In this document: positions 1 to 11,736 of the stretch, in pieces
Position numbering within the stretch: the first letter of the stretch is position 1
Layout: every line of letters starts with the position of its first letter
Assembly (NCBI GenBank): GCA_051362555.1
Contig: CM120646.1
Coordinates: forward strand, 6,076,001 to 6,140,000
Source: Lingula anatina
Taxonomy: Eukaryota; Animalia; Brachiopoda
DNA: 64,000 bases
Direction of reading: 5' to 3'
Position numbers and translations under genes: made by a program
Notes under the pieces: model-generated
Told to the model about the DNA's origin: nothing
The model's database searches: none
What the model saw: only the letters and a program-made list of their open reading frames with translations

Positions 1-1530
1 TGTTATGAGCTCAAAAACTGAGACAACTCCTGGAGACAACCGCTGGAGCTGCAAGTCTTCATCATGACCGACAGAGGTGGATTGCATTGAGAAGGACCAT
101 AGACATATAAATTGCATGCAAAATGACCCACCTTTGATACACTACACATGCATTGGGTAAGTCTCGTAACATTAATTAGTATGTTTACTTAAACACTAAG
201 GCTCCTGACGAACTGTAGGTCTATATATATATATGGTTCAGAACTCAAGAATGACTTAATCGGACTATTTTACAATGAAATTTAACGTACCTGACTATTA
301 CGTAAGCTTCGAGTTATATGCAGTTTAGAAGTCTAAGCTAACCTCGATGGAAAGTAGGTCACAGAAACACTTAATATCAAGGTTAATATAGTTGGTAACA
401 ACAAATGTTATTAAATTATGTACAGACAGTAAAAGATGCAGGAACCGAGTAGCGATGGGCCGATTTATTTAGGGTAGGAGAGTCCCCCCTACCCCCCTCC
501 CACACACATATACTGTTTTAAAAAACACGTAAGTCAATGCATGGCCTAAGGTGAATAACCCATAAATGTCGCTATTTCTATTTTAATAAAATTTTGATAA
601 TATTTCATTTCCACAGGCAAGCCAAAACTGAATATTTTCCATTGGCCTCAAAGGTTATACGTTTTTGATAGTAAACATGTTAACATAAATTTAAATTTCA
701 GTTACCTGCATTCAACGGATGTGTATTTAATCCTTCCGTGTAGTAATAAACACTAGAACATGGTGGTCTGCTCAATATGATTTATTTAAGCTTTAATTAC
801 ATCACACAGCATCACGGTTATTTCGGGTGCGAACCGCTCTAATCGCCGACGAACCCCCACGCCTAACTTACGCTAACCTTTCGGCACTGGAGCTTCGGGC
901 TGTCGGTATGATCCGGGATATTTCTGGAGTATTTCTCAACAAGCAAGTGAAACTGTTGTAAATCTCACGATGCTATACAAGACCAGCTGTGCAAAAGCAG
1001 ATAAGTCTCAGATAAGTCTCCTCTCTCCTTGGATTTTCAAAGAGAAAGCCAATATATAGCATAAAGGTTTGAGTCTAAAGTAACAAATTGCGTCATTGAA
1101 TTTTTAATTAATCAGTCATTTACTTTCAGCGGTGTTGGAAAATGTCTCCATTAAACGAATCTCAAGTCTTGCAGTCAGTCAGTACAGAAATGGTAAATAT
1201 GATGGGCTCTTGTTAACAGAAGGGGCATTATAAGTAGTAAAAGAAGAGAAACAACACATATTAAATAAATTCATGGTAAATAAAAAATCAATCCATGTTC
1301 AGATACATGTCCGTCTGCCACTTCACTTTCTTTGAAAAAAAAACAACAACAGAAAATAAACAATAGTAAAATCAAACAACAGATTATTATTATTTTAAAA
1401 TATAAATTTATATCAAGAAATATCAAAATTGTACACCACTTCATCAAAATGTGTTTATAGATAAAGATATCATTTTGTTACTTTCATCAATATTTAATAT
1501 CTTATTAAAATGAACGGTGACGTAAACTAA

Positions 1531-1755
1531 GGGTGCATTCCCAGAGATTTAGATCGATCCAGAGATTTAGATTTAGATCGACCTAACTCCCTGGGGGTTC
1601 ACGCTAAATTTCAGTCAGCCGAGCGCGCACCATAGTTAATTACCCCCTTACGCCATTTAGTAGGCGGGACAGACGCTTAAGCCGGCTAAGCTGACAGTAA
1701 TCTAGTGAGACTCCCCACAGGGATAGATCGATCCAAAATCTATGGGAATGGGGTC
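1531..1755. mobile_element. PIF/Harbinger-type MITE, family A
   Basis: Ends cattcccagagat...atctatgggaatg; TAA at 1528-1530 and 1756-1758. Paralogous empty site 'actaa aatactgat' at ~11196. Confidence 0.85.
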
Positions 1756-2204
1756 TAAAATACTGATAGGCTACACCTTGCACAGTTTACTATACGATGA
1801 TTAGAAAAAAATTGTACCTCATCTGCACTATACAAAATATGAGCTACATTTAGTGTGGTAAAGATAAAATTGTAAAGGATGTTTTTATCTACATCAAATT
1901 TTGTACCTACATTTAAGTTAAATTAATAATAAATATGTATTTAAATGAATATCACATAAAATATGATATATTAATCTGGGTGTTGCTGGTATCCAAATAT
2001 CTGTGCATTATGAGGTGATGAGATGTGATGGAGTAGCTTGGCTAAGGATAACGTTTAATCAATAGCTCCGTTTCTCATTCGTCCGTTGGAATACAAAATA
2101 ATTTACCATTTTCTGCTAACACATGACGTTTCTCTACATCTTTAAGGTTTCACATCGACAGGATGAGAGCAGTGCGTTATCAAGATATCTTGCATGTATA
2201 TCTG

Positions 2205-3089
2205 TTAGCTATAGCATTTAAATGTTTCAAACATTTCAAGAGCAGATGACATCAGCTCTTTTGGACTGTTGAGCATTGGGAACAAGACAGACAAGGCATT
2301 CTTTAGGGCTTCAGAATCTTTCACCTCAGTTGCAAAAACTGCGTCGTCTTTGTCTTCCAGTATTGAGTTGTTCTTAATAGCCACAAGCTTCCCATTCGGA
2401 AAACGAACAGCTCTGAAGGAATTGAGAAAGACTGAAGCTGGGTTTGTGTATGGTCTGGCCATCGAGTTCTCGAAATCTTTCAGAATGCAAGGAGCGGTGT
2501 TTAAACTATAGTTGTGCTGCCAGCTGTTTTTAAGGACGCTTTCAACTTTGTATGAATCTTTTTCTAATCCACTGTGCATTCGATGAAACTCTCTGTCTTC
2601 CTTGCGGACGTATTTGAACGTACAGAATGAAAACGTGTACACTTGTGATTCGTCTTGAAAATCTAAAGGTATTGCAATCAATGTAGGGTATCCCCCGCCA
2701 GCATCTATAAGGTAACTGTCGCCTGACGTCACAACATCATGTGCTACTAACAGCACGTGATCGCCTGGAATTTCTACTTGGCCTTTTGCCAAAGTGATGT
2801 CATAACCTAAAACTCGTAAGACGAAATACAGAAAAGTATTATTTTGGTAGCAAAGACCGCCTCTGCCCGAAAGACCTCTATCTTTCAATTCTGCTAAATT
2901 CGGTATTCTCCTTTCAGAAACTGGTAACGCCAATAGATCCAAGTTGTGAAATGGAACTTTGCAATGATATTCATAAATAATGTCGTTCAGAAATGACAGT
3001 TTATCTTGATTAAGTCTCGTTTGGATGTCAGTGAGTCCTAGAACATTTTCAACAAATGTTGTAGCTTCTTCTTTAGATATCAGGTCCAT
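2205..3089 (-). CDS. Arylamine N-acetyltransferase, copy 1 (294 aa, intronless ORF)
   Basis: NAT motifs VPFHNL, GRGGLCYQNN (catalytic Cys), GDHVLL (His), YLIDAGGG (Asp, codon GAT at 2703-2705). Splice acceptor (ttttcag) 53 nt upstream of the ATG, exon starting at 3142. Confidence 0.93.
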   Translation of the reverse strand: MDLISKEEATTFVENVLGLTDIQTRLNQDKLSFLNDIIYEYHCKVPFHNLDLLALPVSERRIPNLAELKDRGLSGRGGLCYQNNTFLYFVLRVLGYDITLAKGQVEIPGDHVLLVAHDVVTSGDSYLIDAGGGYPTLIAIPLDFQDESQVYTFSFCTFKYVRKEDREFHRMHSGLEKDSYKVESVLKNSWQHNYSLNTAPCILKDFENSMARPYTNPASVFLNSFRAVRFPNGKLVAIKNNSILEDKDDAVFATEVKDSEALKNALSVLFPMLNSPKELMSSALEMFETFKCYS

Positions 3090-3676
3090 CTCCCACTCAC
3101 ACTTTCATGAATAAGAATAAGGGTGCATTCCACCTCTTTGACCTGAAAAAATATATTTGCACATTCTTTGTCATTAATTCATTACATCCATTCAAACTAA
3201 TGGTCTATACATATATAATTTAGAAAAACAGAACGTCCAAGTATTTCATCAAAATTCTACATTTTCGCTTGATATACAGGTACTACTTTGTGTTTGGGAA
3301 AGAGGGGAGAATGTAGGGGCTGTCTCAGAAGCAGAATCCTAGCGAGAGACACGTGTCTGTAATTGTGCCCTACCCTGAGTTTTCGGCTTTAGGCAATCCC
3401 AATGCAACTATCTTGTTCTACGTAGATCGACACAACTCTGACAGGGCCTAATTTACCTCCTCTTGGCGCTGAGTAGAATACAGAAAGGCTGCTGATTAGG
3501 CCTACACGAGCACGTTGGACACAAGAGGTCCAAGAGTGTTAATCTGTTAATTTGATTGCATTCAGCGAGAGTTGGGTCGATCTAAGGAGAACAATAGATT
3601 CATCAGGAATGGATCCTTACGTGCTGCGTAGGTAAGGTCTCATAACACCCCGGTGTGCTAGATACTCTCGTGACTA

Positions 3677-5047
3677 TAGACCTTTTTCATCTTTTGCGGA
3701 AATACGAAGTGCGCATGACAGGAACCGCGCGCCACAGGGGTCATAGTGGTCCTCTGCTGTTTCCAGCATGGCAATGCTAGGTGTAGATGATGTACAAGGT
3801 GCGCATATGAAAAGGTCGTATGAAGCGTGCATTGCTTTCTGTCAAACTAAAAAGGCGGCTGAAGCACAGAAATGCGTAAACTGTAGGCAAGAAACAGCTA
3901 TTTGGACGGAGAATCAAGCAATTAAATATTTTCCTTCTCAGTTTAAATACGATGCGCTTTACAACTAGACTTCACCTAAGCGTCCGAGCCTTGGCTGTAC
4001 TTTCAATAGTGATGACGAACTAAAGCTTCGGAGTTCTTTTAAATGCTTCCGATAATAAAGATATGCAAAAGAGACTCGTTATTTTTTATATATAAAATCA
4101 AAAAAGCGTGTAGCTTACAGAAAGGCTTTTCTGCATTTTTTGTATTTTCCAATTCTCTTGTCATTGAGTTCAGAAATAAATAACTTTTTATTTCGCCGAT
4201 AACGCGTTCAACAAGAGCCGATGTACTTTCTTCTTCGTATGTCTCTGTTGACCTTGATAATATGAGCCCCGTTTGTACAAATCAGTAATACGTATACGGG
4301 ACTGAATACATAATAATAAAAATTTTATTAACGTCTCACGTTAAAAAAAATAGAACCCACCCTGCTAAGGGTTATTAGAGACTAAAACCTGTGATGGGCC
4401 TACAGTATTTAAAATGATCACTTATCAATAAAACACACACAAAAAGGATATTACATACAAAACTTTTCAAACCTTCTCTTTGTTGTTACACAAAAAGGCG
4501 TGAATGTTCTTGAATTTTTTGTAAGTAGAATCCCCGTGTAAAACTTCACAGCTTTTACTTTCTTTTTCCATAATCTCATGCTTGAAGTCTTTTCTTAATT
4601 TTTAGGCCCCGGCCTATTCTTCATTTTTTTCTTCAAATCTTTATAATGTTTTTTTTCTCGCATTTTTTACCCCCGAGTTCTATTTGCCGATAGTTCGTTA
4701 TATCCGTTGTTTAACTAAGCATTTCTGTTTTTTATTAAAGCACCGTTGATCTCCTAATATTATAGTTTTTCTTCCCGCCTTCGAAATGTTCAGCGCAAAC
4801 GCGGTGCCCTGCTTTTGATCCAAACCTGCTATATTTTCCTTTCTTTCTACCATATTTTCCATTCTAACGGGTTTGTTGGGAACTTATTAAACCTCATGTG
4901 TCGATCTCGCTTACTGTTATTGCAGTAGCGGGACAAAAAGCACGTAAACCCAGCCATGGTTTTTAGCACCGCTGTAATTGTTTCGACGTAGCAGGGCTCC
5001 CCTACCCACAATGCAATTTCAATTTCCGGAAAAGATGAAAAAGGCTA
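3677..5047. mobile_element. Non-autonomous TIR DNA element (~1.37 kb), possibly ISL2EU/Harbinger-related, nested in an older TIR element (3636-5259)
   Basis: TIRs tagacctttttcatcttttgcggaaat / atttccggaaaagatgaaaaaggcta. Outer inverted pair ggtctcataacaccc (3636) / gggtgttatgaaacc (ends 5259). Inner element absent from the other NAT units. Confidence 0.7.
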
Positions 5048-5618
5048 ATACGGTGTATGTGGCATCACTTAAAAATGGCATCACTTAAAAATGGCGCGCG
5101 GAGGTGCTAACAGTTCATGTAAAACGTAATCGAACTGGTTCGTGAGCCGATGTAAAATTAATTTATTTGCGATTGATATGCTTCGGAGTGCTTATCCCAA
5201 GTTTCGGATATCTATAGCCCCGAAAGTTTGAAACACAGTCTATAGGGTGTTATGAAACCAAAGACTGAGGTAATTAAACTGAGACAATCCCTGGGGACAA
5301 CCCCTGGAGCCACCATTGATATAAGTCCAAGCTAATCTTCATGTCATGACCGACAGAGATGGATTGCAATGAGAAGGACCAAAGACATATAAACTGTATG
5401 CAAAACGATCCACCTTCGTATCATTCTTTAGTACGCTTACTTAAAAACTGACACTCCTGGCGAACTCTAGGTCTATATGGCTCAGCACTCAAGAATGACT
5501 TAAAATGATTTTGACTAACCTGAATATTAGCGTGCGCTAGCTTCGTGTTATGTCGATGGAAAGTAGGTCAAGGGGAAGCTGGCTATCAGAGTTCGGTTGT
5601 GCACAACAAACGTTATTA

Positions 5619-5872
5619 GGGACAGTCCCCAGACCCTATATCGTACTAACTGAAGATCGATCCATCTCTGAGGGATTTTTCGCCAAATTGCTATCAATTC
5701 AAGCGGCTTAGATGTCTGTCACGCCTACTGAAGCTGCTAGGGGTTAATTAATTATCGTTTACCAGCTTCAGTAAGCGTGCCAGTAAGCCGCTAAAGCTGA
5801 AAGCAAGTTAGCGAGAAATCCCTCGGAGATGGATCGATCCTGTTAGATCGCTCTAGGTATGGGAACCTAGTC
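5619..5872. mobile_element. Divergent relative of MITE family A
   Basis: TTA on both flanks, agatcgatcc inverted repeats, shared core 'tgtc..cgcctact..ggggttaattaa'; absent from the paralogous sites at ~410 and ~10228. Confidence 0.7.
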
Positions 5873-6059
5873 TTAAAGTATATGTACTATATTAAGTGCA
5901 GGGACCGAGTAGCGAAGGGACAAATTTAATGTGGGCAGGGAAGTCCGGGTAGCTATCAACACTACAACATAGTGGTTTACTCAACATAATTTGCTTTAAT
6001 TACATCACACATTCTCACGGTTATATTCTAATCGCCGACTAACCCCAAGGCCAAACTTA

Positions 6060-6792
6060 AGCCCGCCGCACACAGAACGATTTTTCGTCGGCCAACACAC
6101 TTACGACAAAATACGGCCTGTCTGCGCTGCTCCACGACAACTTTTCAACTAGTCGGGAGAGAATCAATCATGTTTGATTTTTAAACGTCGTACCGTAGTG
6201 TGCGCGCTTTCCTACGACAATTTGTCGCGTTGATCATTATCTTCAGCCAATGGTTGCGCCATCTGATATCACGTGCCCACGTCAGAATTCAATTCAACTC
6301 AGTATGATGGAAGGCCCTATAATTTTCTATTAGTATTAGTTTTTTTTTTTTAATTTTCAGCGTCTTAAACCATTTAACGATGTAACGCTGCATCGAGGCA
6401 ACTAAATCTGTCTGAACTGACAAACTGTTGTCATCCTATAGGCTGTATTTTTATGGTCTATGAGTATTGCGTTGATTTAGAAAATTTGGGCATTTCAATT
6501 TGCTCATTTTTCAATTAAATTAATCAAAGTAATCTTGTTATACTCATACATTTAATTTTAACTCTTATCATTACAATATCAGATATATAATATAAATCGC
6601 CTACAGAAACTTTTCCTGATTAAATTAAACAACGCCTCACCTCGCGGACGAGATAATAACTACGTCATTTTGACCACACCAGTCGGCGCTTTGTTGCGAC
6701 AGCTTGACGTGTGTGTGCGCTGATCTCATCCAGGACGCCAGATCGGCCGACTTTTGTCGGCCGGCGAAAAATTGTTCTGTGTGCGGCGGGCT
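6060..6792. mobile_element. PIF/Harbinger-type non-autonomous element (733 bp)
   Basis: TIRs agcccgccgcacacagaac / gttctgtgtgcggcgggct; TTA duplication (6057-6059, 6793-6795); empty paralogous site 'aacttacgctaac' at ~865. Confidence 0.88.
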
Positions 6793-7905
6793 TTACGCTA
6801 ACTTTTCGGCGCTGGAGCTTCGGGCTATCGAAATGATCCGGGATATTTCTGGATTATTTCTCAAAAGCGAGTAAAACTGTTAATCTCACGATCCTATACA
6901 AGACCAACAGTGCAAAATCGGGTAAGTCTTTGAATGACTCCTCTTTATTCTTGGAATTTTTTCAAAGAGAAAGGCAATATATGGTGTAAAGGTTTGAGAA
7001 CAAAGTAACAACTTTCGTCGTTGCATTTTCATTTATCAGTCATTTGTATCAGCGGTGTTGGAAAATGTCTCCATTAATCGAATCTCAAGACTTGCAGTCA
7101 GTCAGTACAGAAATTTCAAATATGATGGGCTCTTGTTAACAGAAGAGACATTATAAGTAGTAAAAGAAACAACACATATTAAATAAATTAATGGTAAATG
7201 AAAAGGCAATTCATATTCAGATTAATGTCCGTCTACCACTTCACTTTCTTTCTTTCTTTGAAAAAAATCAGAAAAAAAAAGCAATAACAAGGGCCAACAA
7301 TATATCATTATTATTATTTTAAAATAAAGATTTATTTCAATAAAAATCAGTAAACTGTATACCACTTTATCAAAATGTGTTTATAAATAAAGATACCATT
7401 TTATTACTTTCATCAATATTTAGTAGACCTATCTTTTTAAAATAAACTGTGCCGTCAAATAAAATACTGATCCACCTTGCACATTTTACTGTTTGGCTAT
7501 ACGATGATTGGAAAACAAAATGTACCTAATCTGCACTATACAAAATATGAACTACATTTAGTATGGTAATGATATAACTGTAAAGGATGTTTTTATCTAC
7601 TCAAATTTTGTAACTACATTAATATGTTTTTAAAAAGAATATCACATATAATATGATATATTAATCTGTGTATTGCTGGTATCCGTATATACATGTATAT
7701 ATGCATTATAAGGTGATGAGAGGTGATGAAGTAGCTTGGCTAAGGATAACGTTTAATCAATAGCTCCGTTCTACAATCGTCCATTGGAAAACAAAACATT
7801 TATACGTTCTGTTGACACTTAAAGCTTCTCTACATCTTAATGATGAAAGTAACACATCTACAGGATGAGAACAGTGCGTTATCTAGATATCTGTTAATTA
7901 TAGCA

Positions 7906-8754
7906 TTAAAATGTTACAATCATTTCAACGGCAGATTGCATCACCTCTTTTGGATTGCTGACCATTGGAAACAGGAGGCACAAGGCATTCGTTAGGGCTT
8001 CAGAATCTTTCAACTTAGTGGAAACAACTCTATCGTTTTTGTCTTCCAATATCGAACTGTTCTTAATAGCCAGCAGCTTGCCATTTGGGAAACGAACAGC
8101 TCGGAAAGAATTGAGAAAGATTGAGGTTGGGTCTGTGTACGGTATGACCATCGAGCTTTCGAAATCCTTGAGAATACAATGAGCGGAGTTAAATCTGTAC
8201 ACTTGCCGCCAGGTATTTTCTACGTCACTTTTCTCTTTGTGCATTCGATAAAACTCTCCACCATTCTGGTGGACGTATTTGAAGGTACAAAATGAAAACG
8301 TGTACACTGGCGATTCGTATTGAAAATCTAAAGGGATCGCTTTCAATGTCGGATATCCCATGCCGGCCTCAATAAGGTAATTGTCGTCTGACATCACAAC
8401 ATCATGTGCTACTAACAGCACGTGGTCCCCTGGAATATCTACTTGGCCTTTTGCCAAACTGATGTCATAACCTAAAACTCGTAAGACGAAATACAGAAAA
8501 GTATTATTTTGGTAGCAAAGACCGCCTCTGCCGGAAAGACCCCTCTCTTTCAATTCTGTCAGATTTGGTATTCTCCTTTCAGAAACTGGTAGCGCCAACA
8601 CATCCAAGTTGTGAAATGGAACTTTGCAATGGTATTCGTAAATGATGTCGTTCAGAAAGGACAATTTGTCTGTATTAAGTCTCATCTGGATGTCAGTGAG
8701 TCCTAGGACATTTTCAACAAATATTGTAGCTTCTTCTTTAGATAACAGGTCCAT
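7906..8754 (-). CDS. Arylamine N-acetyltransferase, copy 2 (282 aa; Cys-His-Glu triad)
   Basis: Close paralog of copy 1: GRGGLCY, GDHVLL, YLIEAGMG (GAG at 8368-8370). Short in-frame deletion after RMH and a shorter C-terminus. ORF intact. Confidence 0.92.
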   Translation of the reverse strand: MDLLSKEEATIFVENVLGLTDIQMRLNTDKLSFLNDIIYEYHCKVPFHNLDVLALPVSERRIPNLTELKERGLSGRGGLCYQNNTFLYFVLRVLGYDISLAKGQVDIPGDHVLLVAHDVVMSDDNYLIEAGMGYPTLKAIPLDFQYESPVYTFSFCTFKYVHQNGGEFYRMHKEKSDVENTWRQVYRFNSAHCILKDFESSMVIPYTDPTSIFLNSFRAVRFPNGKLLAIKNSSILEDKNDRVVSTKLKDSEALTNALCLLFPMVSNPKEVMQSAVEMIVTF

Positions 8755-8992
8755 CTTCCACTCACACTTTCATGAGTAAGACGTACGTAGGGTGCGTTCC
8801 GCCTCTTTGACCTGAAAAATATATTTGCACATTATTTGTCATTAATACTTTGCATGTAGGCTACCTGCATGTAAAGCTACATGTACCTGCATGCAAATTT
8901 TATGCCTCCGCTATATACATTTAATTTACTTAAACAAAAGGGCCACGAAAGACCAAAGACATAAGCTGTAAATTTATATGATCCACCTTTAA

Positions 8993-9379
8993 GGCGCCGT
9001 TCACATGAAAACTCTAAATTCCGGAAGGACTAAATACGCAGTAATATCTCTAAACTGTGGAGTTCATCAGATTCTACTCATATCTGTCGTGTGTATATGG
9101 ACCTCATCTTCCTCGTCTTGAAACACAAAATCGACGTAAACACATTTTTCAAAGCAACCGCGACTGCCATTTCTTTCTCTCTAACTTATTACTGCGCATG
9201 CGTCAAGGTGTCAGAATCTACTCCGAGCGCAGCCGAAAATTAATTACAGCTTTGGAAGTACTCGTACGCTCTGCTAGTTAATTACGCCACGGGGTATTCA
9301 GGGCACCGACCGTGATCGCTAGTTACTGCCAATGGATTTTTGGATTTTTAGAATTTAGATTTTTCATGTGAACGGTGCC
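8993..9379. mobile_element. PIF/Harbinger-type MITE, family B (387 bp)
   Basis: TIRs ggcgccgttcacatgaaaa / ttttcatgtgaacggtgcc; TAA duplication; empty site 'cacctttaatac' at ~12990. Confidence 0.87.
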
Positions 9380-9805
9380 TAATACACAGTGCATGCAAAC
9401 TTTGACTTTCCTATACACATATATATCCTCTTAGCGTTGAGTAGAATGCAGAAAAGCTGGTGATTAATACGAGTGCAATGGAACCGAGAGGAGGCGTGGT
9501 GATCGGCTTATCTTTATTTGCGATTACCCCATGATTTGATATGTATAGCCCCGAGCTAGTTTGTAACACAAGAACAGGGTGTTATGTGAGACCAACAACT
9601 GAGACAACTCCTGGAAACAACTCCTGGAGCTATCATTGATATAAGTCATATAAGTCCAAGTATTCATCATGACCGACAGAGGTGGATTGGAATGAGAAGG
9701 ACCTAATACATATCAATTGTATGCAAAATGACCCACCTTTGATACACTGCACATTGTATAGGCCTAGTCTCGTAACATTCTTTAGTATACCTGCTTAAAC
9801 ACTAA

Positions 9806-10023
9806 GACCCCATTCCCAGAGATTAGATCGATCCAACTAGATTGACCTAACTCCCTGGGGGTTCACGCTAAATAGCTGCCAGCCGAGCGGGCACGTAAGC
9901 TAATTACCCCCTTACAGCTTGTAGTAGGCGGGACGGACATTTAAGCCGTATTATCTGACAGTAATCTAGCTAGTGAGACTCCCCACGGGGATAGATCGAT
10001 CTAAAATCTATGGGAATGCGACT
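9806..10023. mobile_element. MITE family A copy
   Basis: Closely similar to 1531-1755; follows TAA; empty paralogous site at ~195 (cactaaggctcctgacg). Confidence 0.85.
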
Positions 10024-11451
10024 CGGTCCTGACGAACTCTAAGCCTATATATATAGAATGGTTCAGGACTCAAGAATGACTAAAACAGGACTATTTTTAT
10101 AATGAAATTTAACGTACCTGACCATTAGCGTGAGCTTTTAAGCAGTTTAAAGTCCGTACTGACCTCGATGGAAAGTAGGCCAAAGGGACACTGGCTATAA
10201 CAGTTCCGTTGTGCACAACAAACGTTATTAATTGGCGAACATTGGAAATAAGCTGGGGGAGTGGTGGTCCTTCATATAGGCCCTAACCCTCCTACTTAAG
10301 TGAATATTTGGCCTCGATCGAAGGTTACTAAAGCAAACATGAATTTAAACTTTAGTTACCTGCATATAACTGCATGACATAACCGGTGTGTATTTAGTCC
10401 TTCCGGGTAGTATTAAATACTACAACATGTTGGTTTATTCAATACAAATTATTTAAACTTTAATTTCACCACACGATATCAAGGTTATTTCGGGTGCCAA
10501 CTGCTCTAATCGCCGACTAACCCCAACGCCAAACTTAGGCTAAATTTTTGGCACTGAAACTTCAGACTACCAGAATGATCCAGGATGTTTCTGTATTATT
10601 TCTAAAAAGTGAGTAAAACTTAATCTTGTGATGCTACACAAGATAAACTGTGCAAAATCAAAGAAGTCTTTAAAAGACTCTTCTCTATATTCTTGGATTT
10701 TCAAACAGAAAGCCAATATATGGTATAAATGGCAAAAAGGTTTGAGTACAAAGTAACAAATTTCGTCGTTGCATTTTCATTTATCAGTCACTTTCATTCA
10801 ACGGTGTTGAAGAATGTCTCCAGGTTGCAGTCAGTCTAGAAATTGCAAATATGTTGGGCTGTTGTTAATAATAACAGAAGAGACATTATAAGTAATAAAA
10901 GAAACAACACATATTAAATACATTAAAGGTAAGTGACAGATCCAATCTAATAATTACAGACAATCCAAGCTCAAACACGTCCATCTACCTCTTCACTTTA
11001 CTCTTTCTTAAAAAAAAACATAAAGAACAATAGTAAAATCCAACAATATATCATTATTATTTTAAAGTATAAATTTATTTCAAGAAATATCAGTAAACTG
11101 TACACCACTTCATCAAAATGTGTTTGTAGATAAAGATACCGTTTTGTTACTTTCGTCAATACCTAGTATGTTATAAAAATGAACGGTGACGTAAAACTAA
11201 AATACTGATCAACCTTACACAGTTTACTGTATACGATGATTGGAAAACATCTACACTATACAAAATATGTACTACAGTTCGTGTGGTTAACGTTGAGATA
11301 TAATTGTAAAGGATAGGCCTACAACTTTCTTATATATGTGCTTTGTAAGGAAATGAGATGTGAGGGAGTAGCGCGGTTAAGGATTACGTTTCATCAACAG
11401 CTCCGGTTCTCCAATCGTCCATTGGAAAACATTTATGCGTACTTCTGTTGA

Positions 11452-11452
<1 letters not shown>

Positions 11453-11483
<31 letters not shown>

Positions 11484-11640
11484 TTTACTTTTTTTTACTT
11501 TTTGTTCATAATCCCCGAAGAAGGCCCAGGGGCCGAAAGCTCGGATTGTATTTAACAACTATATTTTAGATCTTTCTAGGTGCATCAATATACATACTTC
11601 TATTATTACCAAGACTTATACGGTGAATCAACATGAATCC
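11453..11640 (+). mobile_element. Penelope-like retroelement terminal fragment carrying a hammerhead motif
   Basis: Present only in NAT unit 3; flanked by the 9-bp direct repeat tctgttgat (11444-11452, 11641-11649); poly-T at the left end; contains a minimal hammerhead fold. Confidence 0.65.
11508..11549 (+). ncRNA. Minimal type I hammerhead ribozyme motif
   Basis: Stem I AUAAUCC/GGAUUGU; core CCGAAGA plus one A; stem II GGCC-CAGG-GGCC; GAAA; palindromic AGCU stem III; predicted cleavage after C11542. Confidence 0.7.
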
Positions 11641-11736
11641 TCTGTTGATATGTAACGCTTCTCTACATCATGATCAAGGTTACACATCGACAGGATGAGA
11701 GCAGTGCGTTATCCAGATATCTTGAATGGATATCTG

